The notes under the pieces: generated by a model
The model's input: only the letters and a program-made list of their open reading frames with translations
What the model was told of the DNA's origin: nothing
Databases searched by the model: none
Shown: in pieces, positions 50,433 to 63,128 of the stretch
How positions within the stretch are numbered: position 1 is the stretch's first letter
Layout: each line of letters begins with the position of its first letter
Source of the DNA: Squalus acanthias
Lineage: Eukaryota
Reading direction: 5' to 3'
DNA: 64,000 bases
Assembly: GCA_030390025.1 (NCBI GenBank)
Contig: JASTWF010001061.1
Location: 62,001-126,000 of the forward strand
Translations under genes and position numbers: made by a program

Positions 50433-51390
50433 ATAGAATCATAGAATAATACATCACAGAAAGAGGCCATTCGGCCCATCGTGCCTGTGCCGAGTCTTTG
50501 AAAGCTATCCAATTAGACCCACTCCCCTGCCCTTTCCCCATAGCCCTGCAACGATTCCCCTTCAAGTATTTATCCAATTCCCTTTTGAAAGTCACTATTG
50601 AATCTGCTTCCAGCACCCTCTCAGGTAATACATTCCAGATCACAACAACCCACCACGTAAACAAAACCGTCATATCACCTCTGGCACGTTTTCCAATTAC
50701 CTTAAATCTGTGTCCTCTTGTTAACGACCTCACTCCTTATTCACTCTTATCCAAGGCCTTTATGATTTTGAACAGGAATCCAGAGGAATTGATAATGGGC
50801 AAAGGTTGATAAAAATGTGACAACAGGAAGTAAGAACATAAGAACATAAGATAAGAGCAGGAGCAGACCATTCGGCCCCTCGAGCCTGCTCTGCCATTTA
50901 ATGCGATCATGGCTGATCCAATTTTGGCCTCAACTCCACTTTGCTGCCTGCTCACCCTAACCCTTGATTCCCCTGTTCCTCAAAGATCTGCCTATCTCAG
51001 CCTTAAATATGTTCAATAACTCAGCTTCCACAGCTCTCTGGGGAAAATAATTGCAAAGCTTCCCGACACTCTGATAGAAGAAATTCCTCCTCACCTCCGT
51101 CTTAAATGGGCGACCCCTTATTCTGAGACTGTGCCCCCTCGTTCTAGATTGCCTGACGAGGGGAAACATCCTCTCAGCATCAACCCTGTCCAACCCCCTC
51201 AGAATATTATATGTAACAATAAGATCACCTGTCATTCCTCTAATCTCCAATGAGTACAGGCCGAACCAGCTCATCCTTTCCTCATAAGACAACACTTCCA
51301 TCCCAGGAATCAACCTAGTGAACCTTCTCTGAACTGCCTCCAATGGAAGTATATCCCTCCTTAAATAAGGGGACCAAAACTGTACGTAGT
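50433..51390 (-). mobile_element. Two CR1 3' fragments (50433-~50770 and ~50826-51390)
   Basis: TRGHRFKVIGKR and EAVQRRFTRLIPGM ORFs. Tails appear as catagaat and taagaaca repeats. Confidence 0.85.
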
Positions 51391-52316
51391 AGGTTGTGTG
51401 GACAGGTAGTACATAACATTTCTAATAAAATATAGCTAGATTTATAGTTAAATACCAACATTTATTCAATTTGGGAAGCAGTGAAGTAGAATTGGTTGGT
51501 GCACCGCAGTTTCTCTGGGAAATGCAAAGCTAAGTCCGACAGTGCCACCACCGGTGGGAGGCTGTAATTACAGCATGACCAGCCGACGGTGGCAGCTTCC
51601 TTTTTAAGGTGGACATAGGATTTTATAAAGGGAATTGTTAACACAAATGTAGTAGAAATATGACAACAGGAAGTATGCTTTTGTGGACAGGAATTAGACA
51701 CAGATGTAAGAGTTTTAAATTTTCTACTCAATGTCCTGTGGTGTTGCATATGTGAGGGGTAATTTTAACTTTTGGTGACAGTGTAAAATGAGTGATATTG
51801 GATCGGCCACCCATTACACACTCCGCCCAATCTTCCCTTCCATTGGGGCCATGGTGAATTGACAGCCCATTTTATATCTTTGAAGTTATTAGAAGAACAA
51901 TGGGTGGAGTGTAAAACGAGTGCTGATTCGCTATGAGTCCATTTCGCACTACTGGAGAAGACCAATTTCACCTCGTCTGTATTTTGCTCAATGGGTCATT
52001 GAGTATAACATCAGGGACTTGATATTGACTTACAGAAGACATTGGTTAGGACACTGTTGGGGTTTTTCATGCAGGTCTGAACACCTAATATAGCAGGAAT
52101 ATTACAGCAGGCAGCTGCCGTTTACCTTTGGTGCCAATTGTTCTCTTTCTGTGCTGTAAATTCTATGTCCCTGTGTGATGAACCTTGTTTTAGACACTAA
52201 ATTCCATTTCTACACATAGTAATGGAAAGAGTAACTAAAGAATAACTGAAATTCTGAGATTTGGTGTATAGATGAGATAATTATGTAGCTATTGATCGAT
52301 TCAATTACTGTTCTAG

Positions 52317-52592
52317 GTATTCACTACATTCAAGGACTGTTTGGCTGTGAGCTGAATGATGCCAATCCTAGTGTAGGGGTGTTGAAATTCGCTTATGATG
52401 GAAGATACTCATTTAGTTTCGATAAAGACAAATTGGATTGGACTGTACATGATCCAATAGCTCAGACCTTCAAAGTGAAATGGGATAAGGAAACAAAGAT
52501 GAATCTTTATTTCAAGAGCTTATTAGAAAATGACTGTGTGGATGTATGGAGAATATACTATTCAATTGGAAATGCTTCACTAAACAGACAAG
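52317..52592 (+). CDS. MHC class I-like heavy chain, alpha2 exon
   Basis: ttctag acceptor, G|gtaagt donor, 276 nt. Encodes IHYIQGLFGCEL...AYDG...KVKWD...LENDCV, with the C101-C164 pair. Confidence 0.95.
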
Positions 52593-52820
52593 GTAAGTTC
52601 AGAACAAACTGGGGGTAAATTTAAATTTTGGAGATAGTGTAGAACTGGCGATATTGGATCAGCTTCCGTTATGAACCTCTCCCCATTCTCCTTTAACAGG
52701 CGGCTGATCCGATATCACCTGTTTTACATTAGTGGCAAAAGTTAAAATGACTTCATTCATTCTGTTTTGAAATGTGTGACTTTTATTGAAGTTGAAAATA
52801 ACTGTCGTTCTATCATGTAG

Positions 52821-53087
52821 TTTCCCCTGAGGTCTCAGTTATTGCCAGGGCTGCTGATCGTTGGTTTCTCCACTGCATTGTGACGGGATTTTATCCACAG
52901 TCCATCAGCGTGACCTGGTTGAAGAATGGAGAACATGCCCCTGAGACCAAATCTACTGGGCTATTACCCAATCACGATGGGACGTATCAACTAACGACAA
53001 CCCTTGAATTTGATCCGTATGATGGGAAACAATACTCCTGTCATATTGAGCACAGCAGCTTGCCGGGTGGGAAAACAGTCTCCTGGG
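52821..53087 (+). CDS. MHC class I-like heavy chain, alpha3 (C1-set Ig) exon
   Basis: atgtag acceptor, G|gtaagg donor, 267 nt. Encodes VSPEVSV...LHCIVTGFYPQSISVTW...LPNHDGTYQ...YSCHIEHSSL...W. Confidence 0.96.
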
Positions 53088-54659
53088 GTAAGGACATGAG
53101 CAGCAATACTGAACAATCCATCAATAATAGCAACACTCACCCATACAGAGATAGAGAGCAGAAAGAGATCAATGAAATGAATGACTGAACCAAATTGCAC
53201 ATTACCTCCCTGCTTTACTACTCTATTCCTCTACAAATGAACCGGATGTTCTGTCTCCCAGTGATGTTTATTGGTTACTATTGGCTCTCCCGGGCTGTTG
53301 CTGATGGACAAGAACAGGAACATTGAAATCTTCCACTCCCTGTAACTGTCTTTTCTTGTCCATCACTTTCTCTGTCTTCTTCTTTTTCTCTATTTCTTCA
53401 TACATCAGACAACACGTTTATTATCTGTGTATTTCAGGCTGTCTGTGATTGTTCTTCATTCTTGCTCTCTCTTTTAGTCCATTTCTGTTATCTTCTGACA
53501 CTTCCATAATCTGCGTCTACCCCTCATTGTGTGCTTCTCACACTTGCTTTATCTGGATGTATTTCCCATTGCTTCTTGCTGTCTATCTCCACTCCATACC
53601 CACACACCTCACACACACTGCATGGTCTCAGAGTTAGATAACAAATCAATCCCTGTTCACAGTCTATCTGGGTTAGAGAATGGATTAATCTACATTCACC
53701 ACCCACTCTCAGACATCAGACTCTTTATTTCCCCGACTTGCTGTTGCTTAACTCTTTGTTTCTGCTTTCTCATTGTTGTTCCCTTTCACTGTGGTGATGG
53801 AGCTGCTCGGTTTCTGAGCTGGAACTTTGGCTCTGTGCTGAGCTATTTCCCTTTCAGCCTCAGTGTGTTTTTGCTTCTCTTGTCTCTTTGTTCAGGTGGG
53901 GAATGAGAGGACGGTTCACTTTGGGATATTAGAGGAGGAGTGGGGAAGTGTTGTGAGGAAAGGTCATTAAAATGTAGTGAAATGGGGGGGGGGGGAGGGG
54001 TGAAAATAATGCGGCCTGGTGGTAAGGGTGAGTCTGAGGCTGGGCTTCTGAGGCGGGGATGAGCCGAAGTGCACTGGGAGCTGCAGGCAGGGAAGGTGGG
54101 GGCGGTGGGCTTTGCCCAGAAAGCAAGGAGCTGCAGCAAGAATGATGGTTGGGACAGCTGTAGGGGAACCCCAGGAGATAAGCCTAGAAATTGCTGTTGG
54201 TGATTAACAGTGTCACCAAATGTCTCATGGGGAACCTCCTGCTGTTGGTTTAGACACAGCGGGGTAGATTTCCAACCTGCCGCCCGGGTGTAAAACCGGA
54301 GTTGCCTCCAATGGGAATGAAAAGCGGGCAGTTTGTGTGACAGGCGGCTGATCCACAGCGACAATTTCACACCAGAGCGGCACGGTGAAAATCTACCACA
54401 AATTGTTTAATAGATAACGGTGCTGCTCATTCAGGTCTCTCCATGGAAAGTTGCCTCCCTCAGAGGAACAGGTAGGATGATCCTTATGACCTGGAATTGT
54501 ATTTCTGGTCGGTTACTGCGTTGATCCTCTGCTGAGGGCAAGTTCCAGATGTTGCGGCCCAACCTGCGCAGTTCCCAGTTGTTTAATACAATCCCTTCCA
54601 TTAGACAATCGGTTCATTAAAGGTCTCTTTTATGGGCTGCATATACACAGCTTCCTATA

Positions 54660-55810
54660 ATCAGATCTGTCTGTCTGTCTTTCTCTCTATCTGTCTCCTT
54701 GTCTCTCTAACTATGTCTCTCTCTCTCTCTCTCTCTCTCCGTCCCACTCTTTGCCTCTCTCCGTCTCTCTCTCTGTCTCTCTCTCTCTCTCTCTCTGTCC
54801 CACTCTTTGTCTCTCTCTGTCTCTCGCTCTGTCTCTCTCTCACTCTGTCCCTCTGTCTGTCTGTCTGCCTGTCTCTCTGAATCTCTGTCTGTCTGTTTCT
54901 CTCTCTGTCTGTCTCTTACTTTGTCTCTCTGTCTGACTGTCTCTCTCTGTCTGTCTCTCTGTCTGTATATCTCTGNNNNNNNNNNNNNNNNNNNNNNNNN
55001 NNNNNNNNNNNNNNNNNNNNNNNNNNNNNNNNNNNNNNNNNNNNNNNNNNNNNNNNNNNNNNNNNNNNNNNNNNNNNNNNNNNNNNNNNNNNNNNNNNNN
55101 NNNNNNNNNNNNNNNNNNNNNNNNNNNNNNNNNNNNNNNNNNNNNNNNNNNNNNNNNNNNNNNNNNNNNNNNNNNNNNNNNNNNNNNNNNNNNNNNNNNN
55201 NNNNNNNNNNNNNNNNNNNNNNNNNNNNNNNNNNNNNNNNNNNNNNNNNNNNNNNNNNNNNNNNNNNNNNNNNNNNNNNNNNNNNNNNNNNNNNNNNNNN
55301 NNNNNNNNNNNNNNNNNNNNNNNNNNNNNNNNNNNNNNNNNNNNNNNNNNNNNNNNNNNNNNNNNNNNNNNNNNNNNNNNNNNNNNNNNNNNNNNNNNNN
55401 NNNNNNNNNNNNNNNNNNNNNNNNNNNNNNNNNNNNNNNNCTGGCTGGCTGTCTCTCTGTCTGTCTGTCTCTCTCTCTCTCTGTCTCTCTCTCTTTGTCT
55501 CTCTGTCTGTCTCTCTCTCTCTTTCCCTCGTTCTGTCTCTCTNNNNNNNNNNNNNNNNNNNNNNNNNNNNNNNNNNNNNNNNNNNNNNNNNNNNNNNNNN
55601 NNNNNNNNNNNNNNNNNNNNNNNNNNNNNNNNNNNNNNNNNNNNNNNNNNNNNNNNNNNNNNNNNNNNNNNNNNNNNNNNNNNNNNNNNNNNNNNNNNNN
55701 NNNNNNNNNNNNNNNNNNNNNNNNNNNNNNNNNNNNNNNNNNNNNNNNNNNNNNNNNNNNNNNNNNNNNNNNNNNNCTCTATCTATCTATCTCGCGATTT
55801 CTATCTGTCT
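54660..55810. repeat. (CT)n/(CTGT)n microsatellite with N gaps at 54976-55440 and 55543-55776
   Basis: Visible directly. Confidence 0.97.
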
Positions 55811-56718
55811 ATTTTGAAAATGGTGACTGTGGTTAAGATTCCGAAGCTGCTGCACCAATCTAACATTACATTAGGTGACAGATTGAAAATGATAGGGTGC
55901 CGCCTATTGTTGAACGATACCACAAACCTGCTCTTGCAGTACATTGAAAATTCGCATTAAAGAAACGGAGTCTGTAAGCAGTTACAGACGCTGACCACTG
56001 AGTGGCACTGTGGAGCAGTCTGGGTTTTGGAGACAGCAGTGATATTGCTGTGGATAAGTAAAAGGGAGCAAAGATTTAACTGTGTGAATTAAATGTAAAC
56101 TTTGCACCTTGAGCCCCATCCCATCACACAGAGCTGCGGGGACGGTCAGAAGCTCGATCCCCCAGCCCTGGGAGCTGGCACAGTGGCATCATCTATTCAA
56201 CTGCCATTACTTACCCCTCATATTGCCCCTTTCACCAGGGCCGCAGACACAGACCTCTGCCACTTTCCTACCTGGCTCCCCTCACACAGCGATCCATGGG
56301 GGTTTGCGTGGTAGAGGACTGCTAGCTTCCCCTGCCTCGCTGAGCACCACGACCACAACCTTTTTCCACTGGCCTCCCAGCAGCACATTCTTATCGCTGG
56401 CCCAGCACCGATCAGTCTAGAATCCATGCTTCATTCTTCACAGTCATTGCTTCTTCCTCCACCACCCCCAGTCACCTTTACAGCCTGACCACCTGTCTTT
56501 GACCAGAATCTGTGCTTTATTCACAAAAAGTGAAGTTTGTGGCTTTAAAGAAACCTTAATGAAATAATACATTGTGCATTATATGGTGTAGGGATACTGT
56601 CCATATAAAACAGCGCATCATCCTACTTACCATGAGCAGGGCCATAGATTTCCACGGATTATATATACAACTGTCAATCCGCACATATAATTATACAACC
56701 CTTGCCAATATTTTTCAG

Positions 56719-56825
56719 AAGGAAAAGTAGAGAAAGTCAAGCATGTGGGGCTGATTGTCGTGTGTGTACTGGTGTCGCTGGCTATCGTTATAGTTTTAAT
56801 CTATATGTGGAGGAAAAAAACAGAG
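56719..56825 (+). CDS. MHC class I-like connecting peptide/transmembrane exon
   Basis: tttttcag acceptor in phase 1. Encodes EGKVEKVKHVGLIVVCVLVSLAIVIVLIYMWRKKTE, then a GAG|gtaagg donor, or read-through to TGA at 56868-56870. Confidence 0.85.
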
Positions 56826-56940
56826 GTAAGGCGAGGGTATAATGTTACACCCCTGTTTGTAAAAGTATGACACAGCGGCTTTGCAGAAAATCCTTTGGCC
56901 TGCCCCAGGATTATATTTGAATTGTAAATATCTGTTATAA

Positions 56941-58725
56941 AGAAAGAAAAAGAAAAACTTTCATTTATATCGCGCGCCTTTCACGACCTCAGGACGTCCC
57001 AAAGTGCTTTACAGCCAATGAAGTACTTTCATTTTCAGGGTAGTCACTGTTGTAATGTAGGAAACGCGGCATCCAAGTTGCGCACAGCAAGTTCCCGCAA
57101 AAAGTGGTGCGATAATGATAATCTGTTTTTAATGATCGTGAATGAGGGATAAATATTGGCCAGCAAACCGGAGAGATCTCCCCTGCTCTTCTTCGAGCTG
57201 GTGTCATGGGATCTTTTGCATCCACCTGAGAGGGCAGATAGGGCCTCGGTTTAACATCTCATCTGAAGGACGGCACCTCCGACAGTTCGGCACTTCCTCA
57301 GTACTGCACTGGAGTGTCATACAAACATTGAAAAATAGGAGCAGGAATAGGCCATTCAATATAATCATGGCTGATCCTCTATCTCAATACCATATTCCCG
57401 CTCTCTCCCCATACCCCCAATGACTTTTGCGTCTAGAAATCTATCTATATCCTTCTTAAATATATTCAGTGACTGGGCCTCCACAGCCTTCTGTGGTAGA
57501 GAATTCCACAGGTTCACCACCCTCTGAGTGAAGAAACTTCTCCTCATCTCAGTCCTAAATGTCCTAGCCGGTATCCTGAGACTGTGACCCCTCGTTCTAG
57601 ACACCCCCCCCCCCAGCCAGGGGAAACATCCTGCCTGCATCCAGTCTTTCTAGCCCTGTCAGAATTTAATACGTTTAAATGAGATCCCTTCTCATTCTTC
57701 TAAACTCTAATGAATACAGGCCTAGTCAAACCAATCTCTCCTCATACGACAGTCCTTCCATCCCAGGAATCCGTCTGGTGAACCTTCGTTGCTCCCCTCG
57801 ATGGCAAGTATATCCTTTCTTACGTAAGGAGACAAAACTGCACACAGTACTCCAGGTGTGGTCGCACCAAGACCCTGTATAACTGTAGTAAAACATCCTT
57901 GCTCCTGTACTCAAATCCTCTTGCAATGAAGGCCAACATAGCATTTGACTTCCTAACTGCTTGCTGCACGTGCATGTTTGCTTTCAGTGACTGGTGTACA
58001 AGAACACCCAGGTCCCTTTGTACATCAACATTTCCCAATCTATCACCATTTAAATAATGCTCTACCTTTCTGTTTTTCCTACCGAAGTGGATAACTTCAC
58101 ATTTATCTACGTTATACTGCATCAGACATGTATTTGCCCACTCAATCAACTTGCCTAAATCGCCTTGAAACCTCTTTGCATCCTCCTCACAACTCACAAT
58201 CCCTCCAAGTTTCGTGTCGTCAGCAAACTGGGAAATATTACATTTGGTTTCCTCATCCAAATCACTGATTTATATTGTGAATAGCTGCGGCCCAAGCACT
58301 GATCCCTGCGGTACCCCACTAGTCGCCGCCTGCCACCCCGAACAAGTCCCATTTATTCCTACTCTCTGTTTCCTGTCTGTTAACCAATTTCCAATCCATG
58401 CCAGTGTATTATCCCCAATCCCATGTGCTTTAATTTTGCACACTAACCTCTTATGTGGGACTTTATCAAAGGTTTTCTGAAAATCCAAATACACCACATC
58501 CACTGGTTCTCCCTTATCTATTCTACCAGTTACATCCTCAAAAATCTCCAGTAGGTATGACAAACACGATTTACCTTTCATAAATCCATGTTGACTTTGT
58601 CTCATCCCGTTGATATTTTCTAAGTGTCCTGTTATCACATCCTTTATAATAGACTCTAGCATTTTCCCTACTACTATCAGCCTAGATTTTAATGCTCAAT
58701 TCTCTGGAGTGGGATTAAAATGGTT
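56941..58725 (-). mobile_element. tRNA-type SINE split by a CR1 LINE (57321-~58676, minus strand)
   Basis: The SINE breaks at ...gcactggagtgtca and resumes at tcagcctagatttt. The insert has YLDFQKTFDKVPH, GVPQGS and FADD. Confidence 0.82.
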
Positions 58726-58739
58726 CATCTATTGAATTG

Positions 58740-59402
58740 TTTGAGAACAAATGGTATCTTGTGGCAAACTTACTAATGGAATTCTAGGTTTAACCCCAAA
58801 GGTACAGAACATTTCAGCCAAGACGTAACTATGAGCCTCTATAAAACCTTAATAAGCCCTGAGTTAGAGCACTGTGTGCAGTATTGAATTTCACGCGATA
58901 GGTGGGATCTTGAGCTTTCGAGAAGCTACAAGGTGAATTCTCTAGGATGCGGCCTGATAGAAGGAAACACAAATATAAGGAAAGGCTTGGAAAATGCGCA
59001 TTTTTATTTGAACAATGCTATACCGGGTGACATAATACAAGTGTTTAAAATGATGGAAGGATGGCTCAGGGTAGATAGAAGCAGACGGTTTCCAATAGTT
59101 GAAGGTCAAAATTGAGGGGTTATAGATACCACGTTAAATGTTAGAGATTTAGAACAGAAGGTAGGAGACGATTCTTTTCACGGAGCGTTGTGAGGCTGTG
59201 GAATCCATTTCCAGTGAGAGAAGTTGAGGCAGAAACTATCACAACATTTAAGATTAGATTGAGAAGTTGGACAAAGGGAAAAGGGGTTGAAGGGATATGA
59301 GAACAGGGTGGGTAAATGTGATTAGTAATATTTACTCGTGTGGAGAGTAAATGCCGATACGCACTGGTTGGGCTGAAGGATTTGTTTCCATGTTGTAACT
59401 TC
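58740..59402 (+). mobile_element. Old CR1 3' remnant
   Basis: Degenerate LYKTLI.P.LEHCVQY and GDIIQVFKMM motifs plus a tail. Confidence 0.65.
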
Positions 59403-60624
59403 TGTTTATTTCGATATGCACGTGCCCTAAGTGTAGTGAAATTGAAATCCAGTTCTTTGTTAATCAATTTAGGGGGCGAAATTGGTCTTCGACGATAACA
59501 CAAAATATCCACTTGTGAATCGGCCGCCCTTTCATTGAAGTCAATAGAAAAGCCCATGGGGTTGTTGTGAAACTGGCTGGTGATTTGCTATCGCCATTTG
59601 GCGCTACCGCCTGAGCCCAATGTCACCTCTTTACGTTTTCTAACAGGTGGCCCACACATGAAAACTTTCCCCATGGTAACACCATCAGCATCAACGTGAT
59701 TTTATGTTTGATTGATATGTTCAGAGGGAAGCATACTTGCTAAAAAACCTTTATTACCAACATCATCAAGTGTTCTCTCTGAAAGTGTGTCTTTTCGGAC
59801 AAGGTGGATACTTGAAATACTTCCTTATGCAGCACCCCACAACCTGCCAATCAAAAGAACCCAGATTTAAGAATGGAGGTCAGCATCACACTTCATGGAA
59901 AGGGTCAATTCCTCTGAAACGTTTTAAAGGCGAACCTTAATTCCTAGAAGTGAATGAAAGTGGGCTGACAGGACACAGATCCACACTAATTGTCTCAGTG
60001 ACAATGCAAGTTTAATAGCGTTCCTGATTCTGCATTGGAGCGAGTACTTTCTCTTCCCATAGGCCACATTCACACTGCAGCCTGAGGATCCCTAAGGGCT
60101 GGTTTGGCTTATCGCCAGATGTTTAAGTGTAAGTCCAGATCCAGGACCCCACCTGACTACCAGGTGAAGTAGAGGGAGACTGCCTCCTCCAGAATATCCC
60201 TTCACACCAAATCTAAGGTTGTGATGTAAATGGCTTCAGAGTGACATTAAGGTAAAGGGTAGAAATGTAATCAGAAGAGCACAAAGCGAACTAGAACTCC
60301 CAGGTGTTAAAAATAATGCCCCATTAGGGCAAATATTGCCCGTGTCTACTGCGATCATGGCACCTTCATAGCGGCAAGACAGGTTGGAGAGTCATTGGGA
60401 GTCATTTTCAGATTTGGAGATAGGGTAAAACGGGCGATATCTGATCAGCCGCCCGTTACACACCTCCCCCAATTTTCTTTCCCATTGACTTCATGGAAAA
60501 ATCGGAAGAGGTGAATAACAGATACCCAATTCAATATCGCCCGTTTTACATTAACACCAATAATTAAAATGACACCCATTGGGGTATAAAATTGTCTTGG
60601 GCGGTAGTTCAAATCGGGTGATAA

Positions 60625-60818
60625 TGACTTGGCAGCAAAATGGGAGAGAGCGAATTGCCAGCAAAATGGGAGAGATCAACTTAGCAGCGAAATGGGAGAA
60701 AGCGACTTGGCAGCAAAATGGGAGAGAGCTACTTGCCAGCAAATCGGGCGATAGTGACATGGCAGCAAAATGGCGATTGCGACTTGGCAGCAAATCGGGC
60801 GATAGTGACTTGGCAGCC
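60625..60818. repeat. ~24-bp tandem repeat (gacttggcagcaaaatgggagaga) inside a hairpin element
   Basis: About 8 degenerate units between the termini at 60581 and ~60973. Confidence 0.8.
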
Positions 60819-61224
60819 CGGCAGTCCGGAGTGCAAGCAAATCTCTCCGGTTCCATCGCCTGTGGAACTGATTGGAACCTGCACAACGTTACCGGGAAGA
60901 TAAGGCTACCGACCCCATTTGGAAGCCATTACCGTCCCGTTAACGCCGGGCGAAAGCAGTGAGAATCGACCACTCTTTAGTCCCGCTGCTCCTGTGCACT
61001 AAACGAACTGCCACTGAGCTACAGTGAAGGGGAAGGACCATGTAAAGAGAATGAACAAGTCACTTCATTCTCTGTACTGTGCTCTGCACCATCATCTCGG
61101 GATTGTCTAACATTTGGATTTCACTCCCTAGATTTCAAAGGTGTTTACCCAGAACCTGAGAGGGTCAAAGGCGAGAATTGCTTTGGATCCAAGAACACGC
61201 TGAAATAATCATCGTTAATCAGAG

Positions 61225-62160
61225 GAACATATGAACATAGGAAGAGGATTAAGCCTGATCCGCCATTAAATGAGACCCTGGCTGATCTGCGACCTAACTC
61301 AATATATGCACCTTTACACCATAGCCCTTAATACCTTTGGTTAACAGAAAGCTATTAATCTACGATTTACCATTAACAATTGTTCTAGCATCAATTGCCG
61401 TTTGCGGCAGAGTGTTCCAAACTTCCACCACCCTTTGTGTGTAGAAGTATTTGCTAATTTCACTCCTAAAAGGTCTGTCTCTAATTTTTAGACTATGCCC
61501 CCTAGGCCTAGAATTCCCATCCAGTGGAAATAGTTTCTCTCTGTCTACCCTTTCTGTATCCCTTAATATCATGAAAATTTCGATCAGATCACCTCTTAAC
61601 CTTCTAAATTCTAGGGAATACAACCCTAATTTGTGCAATCTCTCCTTGTAACTTAACCCTTGAGGTCCGGATATCATTCTGGTAAACTTACGCTGCACTC
61701 CCTCCATGGCCAATAAATGGTTCCTAAGATGTGGTGCCCAGAACTGTTCACAGTACTCCAAGTGCGGTCTAACCAGTGTTTTGTACAGCTGCAGCATAAG
61801 TTCAACCCTCTTGTATTCTAGAACTCTATATATAAAGACCAGCATCCCATTAGCCTTTTTGAATATTTTTTGTACCTGTTGATGACATTTTAATCATCTA
61901 TGTACATGGTCCCCCAAGTATCTTTGGACCTCGGCTGTTTGTAGAATTCACCATTTAGAAAGTATCCTGTTCTATCCTTTTTAGGTCCAAAGTGAATGAC
62001 CTCACATTTGCCTCCATTGAAATCAATTTGCCACAGTTTTGCCCATTCACTTAATCTGTCAATATCCCTTTGCAATGTTATGCTTCCATCTACACTGCCT
62101 ACAATTCCACCTATTTTGTGTCGTCGGCAATTTGGATATATGAATTTCCATGTATTCATC
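61225..62160 (-). mobile_element. CR1 LINE 3' region
   Basis: [27 protein letters not shown]. Same subfamily as 5086-8375. Confidence 0.9.
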
Positions 62161-63128
62161 TAAGTGCAATTGCTTTACTACTGAAACAACTCAATTTGCA
62201 TAAACATTTCACCCCGACTTATGTTCAGTCACTTAATTCAAATATTACTAACTTGTTTAACTTTGAAGGCACATTGTCAAATCTCATCTGCATTTGCACA
62301 AACTGGCGTTTTAGACATTACGTAACGGCCGCACTGAATAATGGCACGCCAGGGATTTAAAATTTTGTTTTGTTAATATTTATACCTTCCTAATTAGTAC
62401 AATTGACTCCGACATTGGCCTCAGGTAGACAGTCTCCATCTGTGAGCAGAAACAGTGACTGCAAACACTGTTCAATTACTGGAAACACAGCCGCGCCCGA
62501 TCCTGTCCACACACTCACATTTCACCAGCAGCATCGCCAACACAGTTGTCCGGAGCAAATCCCGAGGCCACTTCTCCCTCTGTAACTGAAGGGAGCGAGG
62601 CCAGTGTAGTACTCTGCTGCTAACCCTGTGGTTACAATGAGGATGAGAATAAGACGAATTTTCTAGCACCGGTGGCCAATCTGCAACATCGATTTTCAGG
62701 CTCCAGCGACAACGTGAAAATCTTCGCCAGAGAGTCAAGTTGAAAGTTAAAATGTCACACAAATGCAAAAAGGGAAAATTTTCCAGGGAACTTTCTACTT
62801 CGGCGTGGAGTAAAATGGGGAGAATTGGATCGTCTGTTGTCTATAAACGCCGCTCGAATCTCCTTCCATTGACCTCGCTCCCGCCAGAGGTGAAAGTTCC
62901 ACCGACCAGGGGTGAAATTCACCTTCAGGTACGGCGCAAAAATAGCGGGAGCAGGTCGGACGCTCATTACACTCCCGCGCGACTTTCATCTCTATTAAAC
63001 TCTACCGAAAGCACATGGTGTTGGGCGAATAACAAGCGGCTGATCGGCTGCTGCCCGTGTTGAATAAATAAGATGGAAGCGAGTCTCAATTCTTTGTAGT
63101 CAGCTCTGGTTAGACTCAGACCTTCTAA

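Noticed and set aside
54632-55836. ORFs of up to 336 aa
   Set aside because: Microsatellite plus N gaps.
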